Shown one piece after another: positions 63,435-64,000 of a stretch of 64,000 nt of DNA. Numbering within the stretch: the stretch's first letter is position 1; the number at the start of each line of letters is the position of its first letter. The position numbers were made by a program, and so were the translations under genes. The stretch comes from an uncultured Bacilli bacterium. Its GTDB lineage: Bacteria > Bacillota_I > Bacilli_A > RF39 > UBA660. The DNA lies in assembly GCA_947581835.1 (NCBI GenBank), contig CANPVV010000003.1, forward strand, positions 643 through 64,642, read 5' to 3'. A model generated the notes under the pieces. That model ran no database searches. It saw only the letters and a program-made list of their open reading frames with translations, and had not been told where the DNA came from.

Positions 63435-64000
63435 TTAATAACTAAAAGTAGGATATCCATTACTTCCTAAAACCCATTTCTCTAACTTATAACCACTTAA
63501 AGCACTATCTATACTTCCTAAATCAATATCATTTATATTATTATTTAAAGTATTAACAAAAGCTTTAGTTTTCATATCATTAGCACTTTTAGCAATAGCA
63601 TTTATAGTTATATTAGAGCCATTAGTTGAAACATTACTTGCTGATAATCCTTCTTCTTCTAAATAATAAGCATTCTTAACATCTACTTTACCTGAAGTAG
63701 TAGAATTTAATATTCCATATTTATTAGGAGCTTCTAAAGAACCTAAATTATAAACATTATTCAAAGTTATGCTACTAGTCACCTCTACGTGTGCTAAACC
63801 AACCGAACTTGAAGATGATACCAAAGGACCAATATTATAAGAATTAATTATGTAAGTTTTAGCAGATATAGAACCTTGATCAAAAGTATAATCAACAATA
63901 CCAGAACTACGCGAAAATGATTTAGAATCTACTATTACAGCTCCAGTATTATAAGAATTAATTATATATCCAGTAGCACCATTCCAAACCATTGAAATAA
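63435..64000 (-). CDS. C-terminal part of a repeat-containing surface protein; 5' end lies outside the window
   Basis: The frame stays open to the window edge. Repeated segments (YIINSYNTGAV, YIINSYNIGPL, VYNLGSL) resemble GLUG-type repeats of large surface proteins. Confidence 0.55.
   Translation of the reverse strand, partial: ISMVWNGATGYIINSYNTGAVIVDSKSFSRSSGIVDYTFDQGSISAKTYIINSYNIGPLVSSSSSVGLAHVEVTSSITLNNVYNLGSLEAPNKYGILNSTTSGKVDVKNAYYLEEEGLSASNVSTNGSNITINAIAKSANDMKTKAFVNTLNNNINDIDLGSIDSALSGYKLEKWVLGSNGYPTFSY

Overview
Chromosomal window from a very AT-rich, endospore-forming Bacillota (Firmicutes) genome. No rRNA, tRNA, CRISPR array or transposase was seen. Most of it is housekeeping and syntenic with Bacillus subtilis blocks: spoVB-comN-relA-dtd, yqfC-yqfD-ybeY-dgkA-era-yqzL-recO, T-box-hisS-aspS, tcdA/rarA, tig/lon, and dnaG-sigA-trmK-yqfQ.

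The main large-scale feature is a gene-strand switch. About 25 consecutive genes lie on + between 2.0 and 25 kb. About 23 genes lie on - between 30.5 and 60 kb. The switch centres on a 440-bp non-coding gap that holds a 28-bp dif-like XerC/D site (30162-30189), 1.1 kb from a XerD-type recombinase. The window therefore probably spans the replication terminus.

Accessory or unusual content:
1. A type III toxin-antitoxin / abortive-infection module (three and a bit 35-36-nt ToxI/antiQ-like repeats, a terminator, then a ToxN/AbiQ homolog) at 23.3-24.1 kb.
2. A probable 6S RNA directly downstream of it.
3. A Panacea (DUF4065) antitoxin coupled to an unrecognisable 151-aa partner, inserted between tig and lon.
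4. Two large paralogous secreted proteins with a TasA/SipW-type N-terminus, next to an orphan PilC-like/prepilin-peptidase pair.
5. An array of eight ~11-nt GTNNCCGAAA repeats upstream of those genes.
6. A thioester-domain/SpaA-repeat adhesin with a dedicated sortase.
7. An orphan RnfC/RnfD-like pair.

All calls rest on reading the sequence and on remembered family signatures. No searches or folding programs were run.
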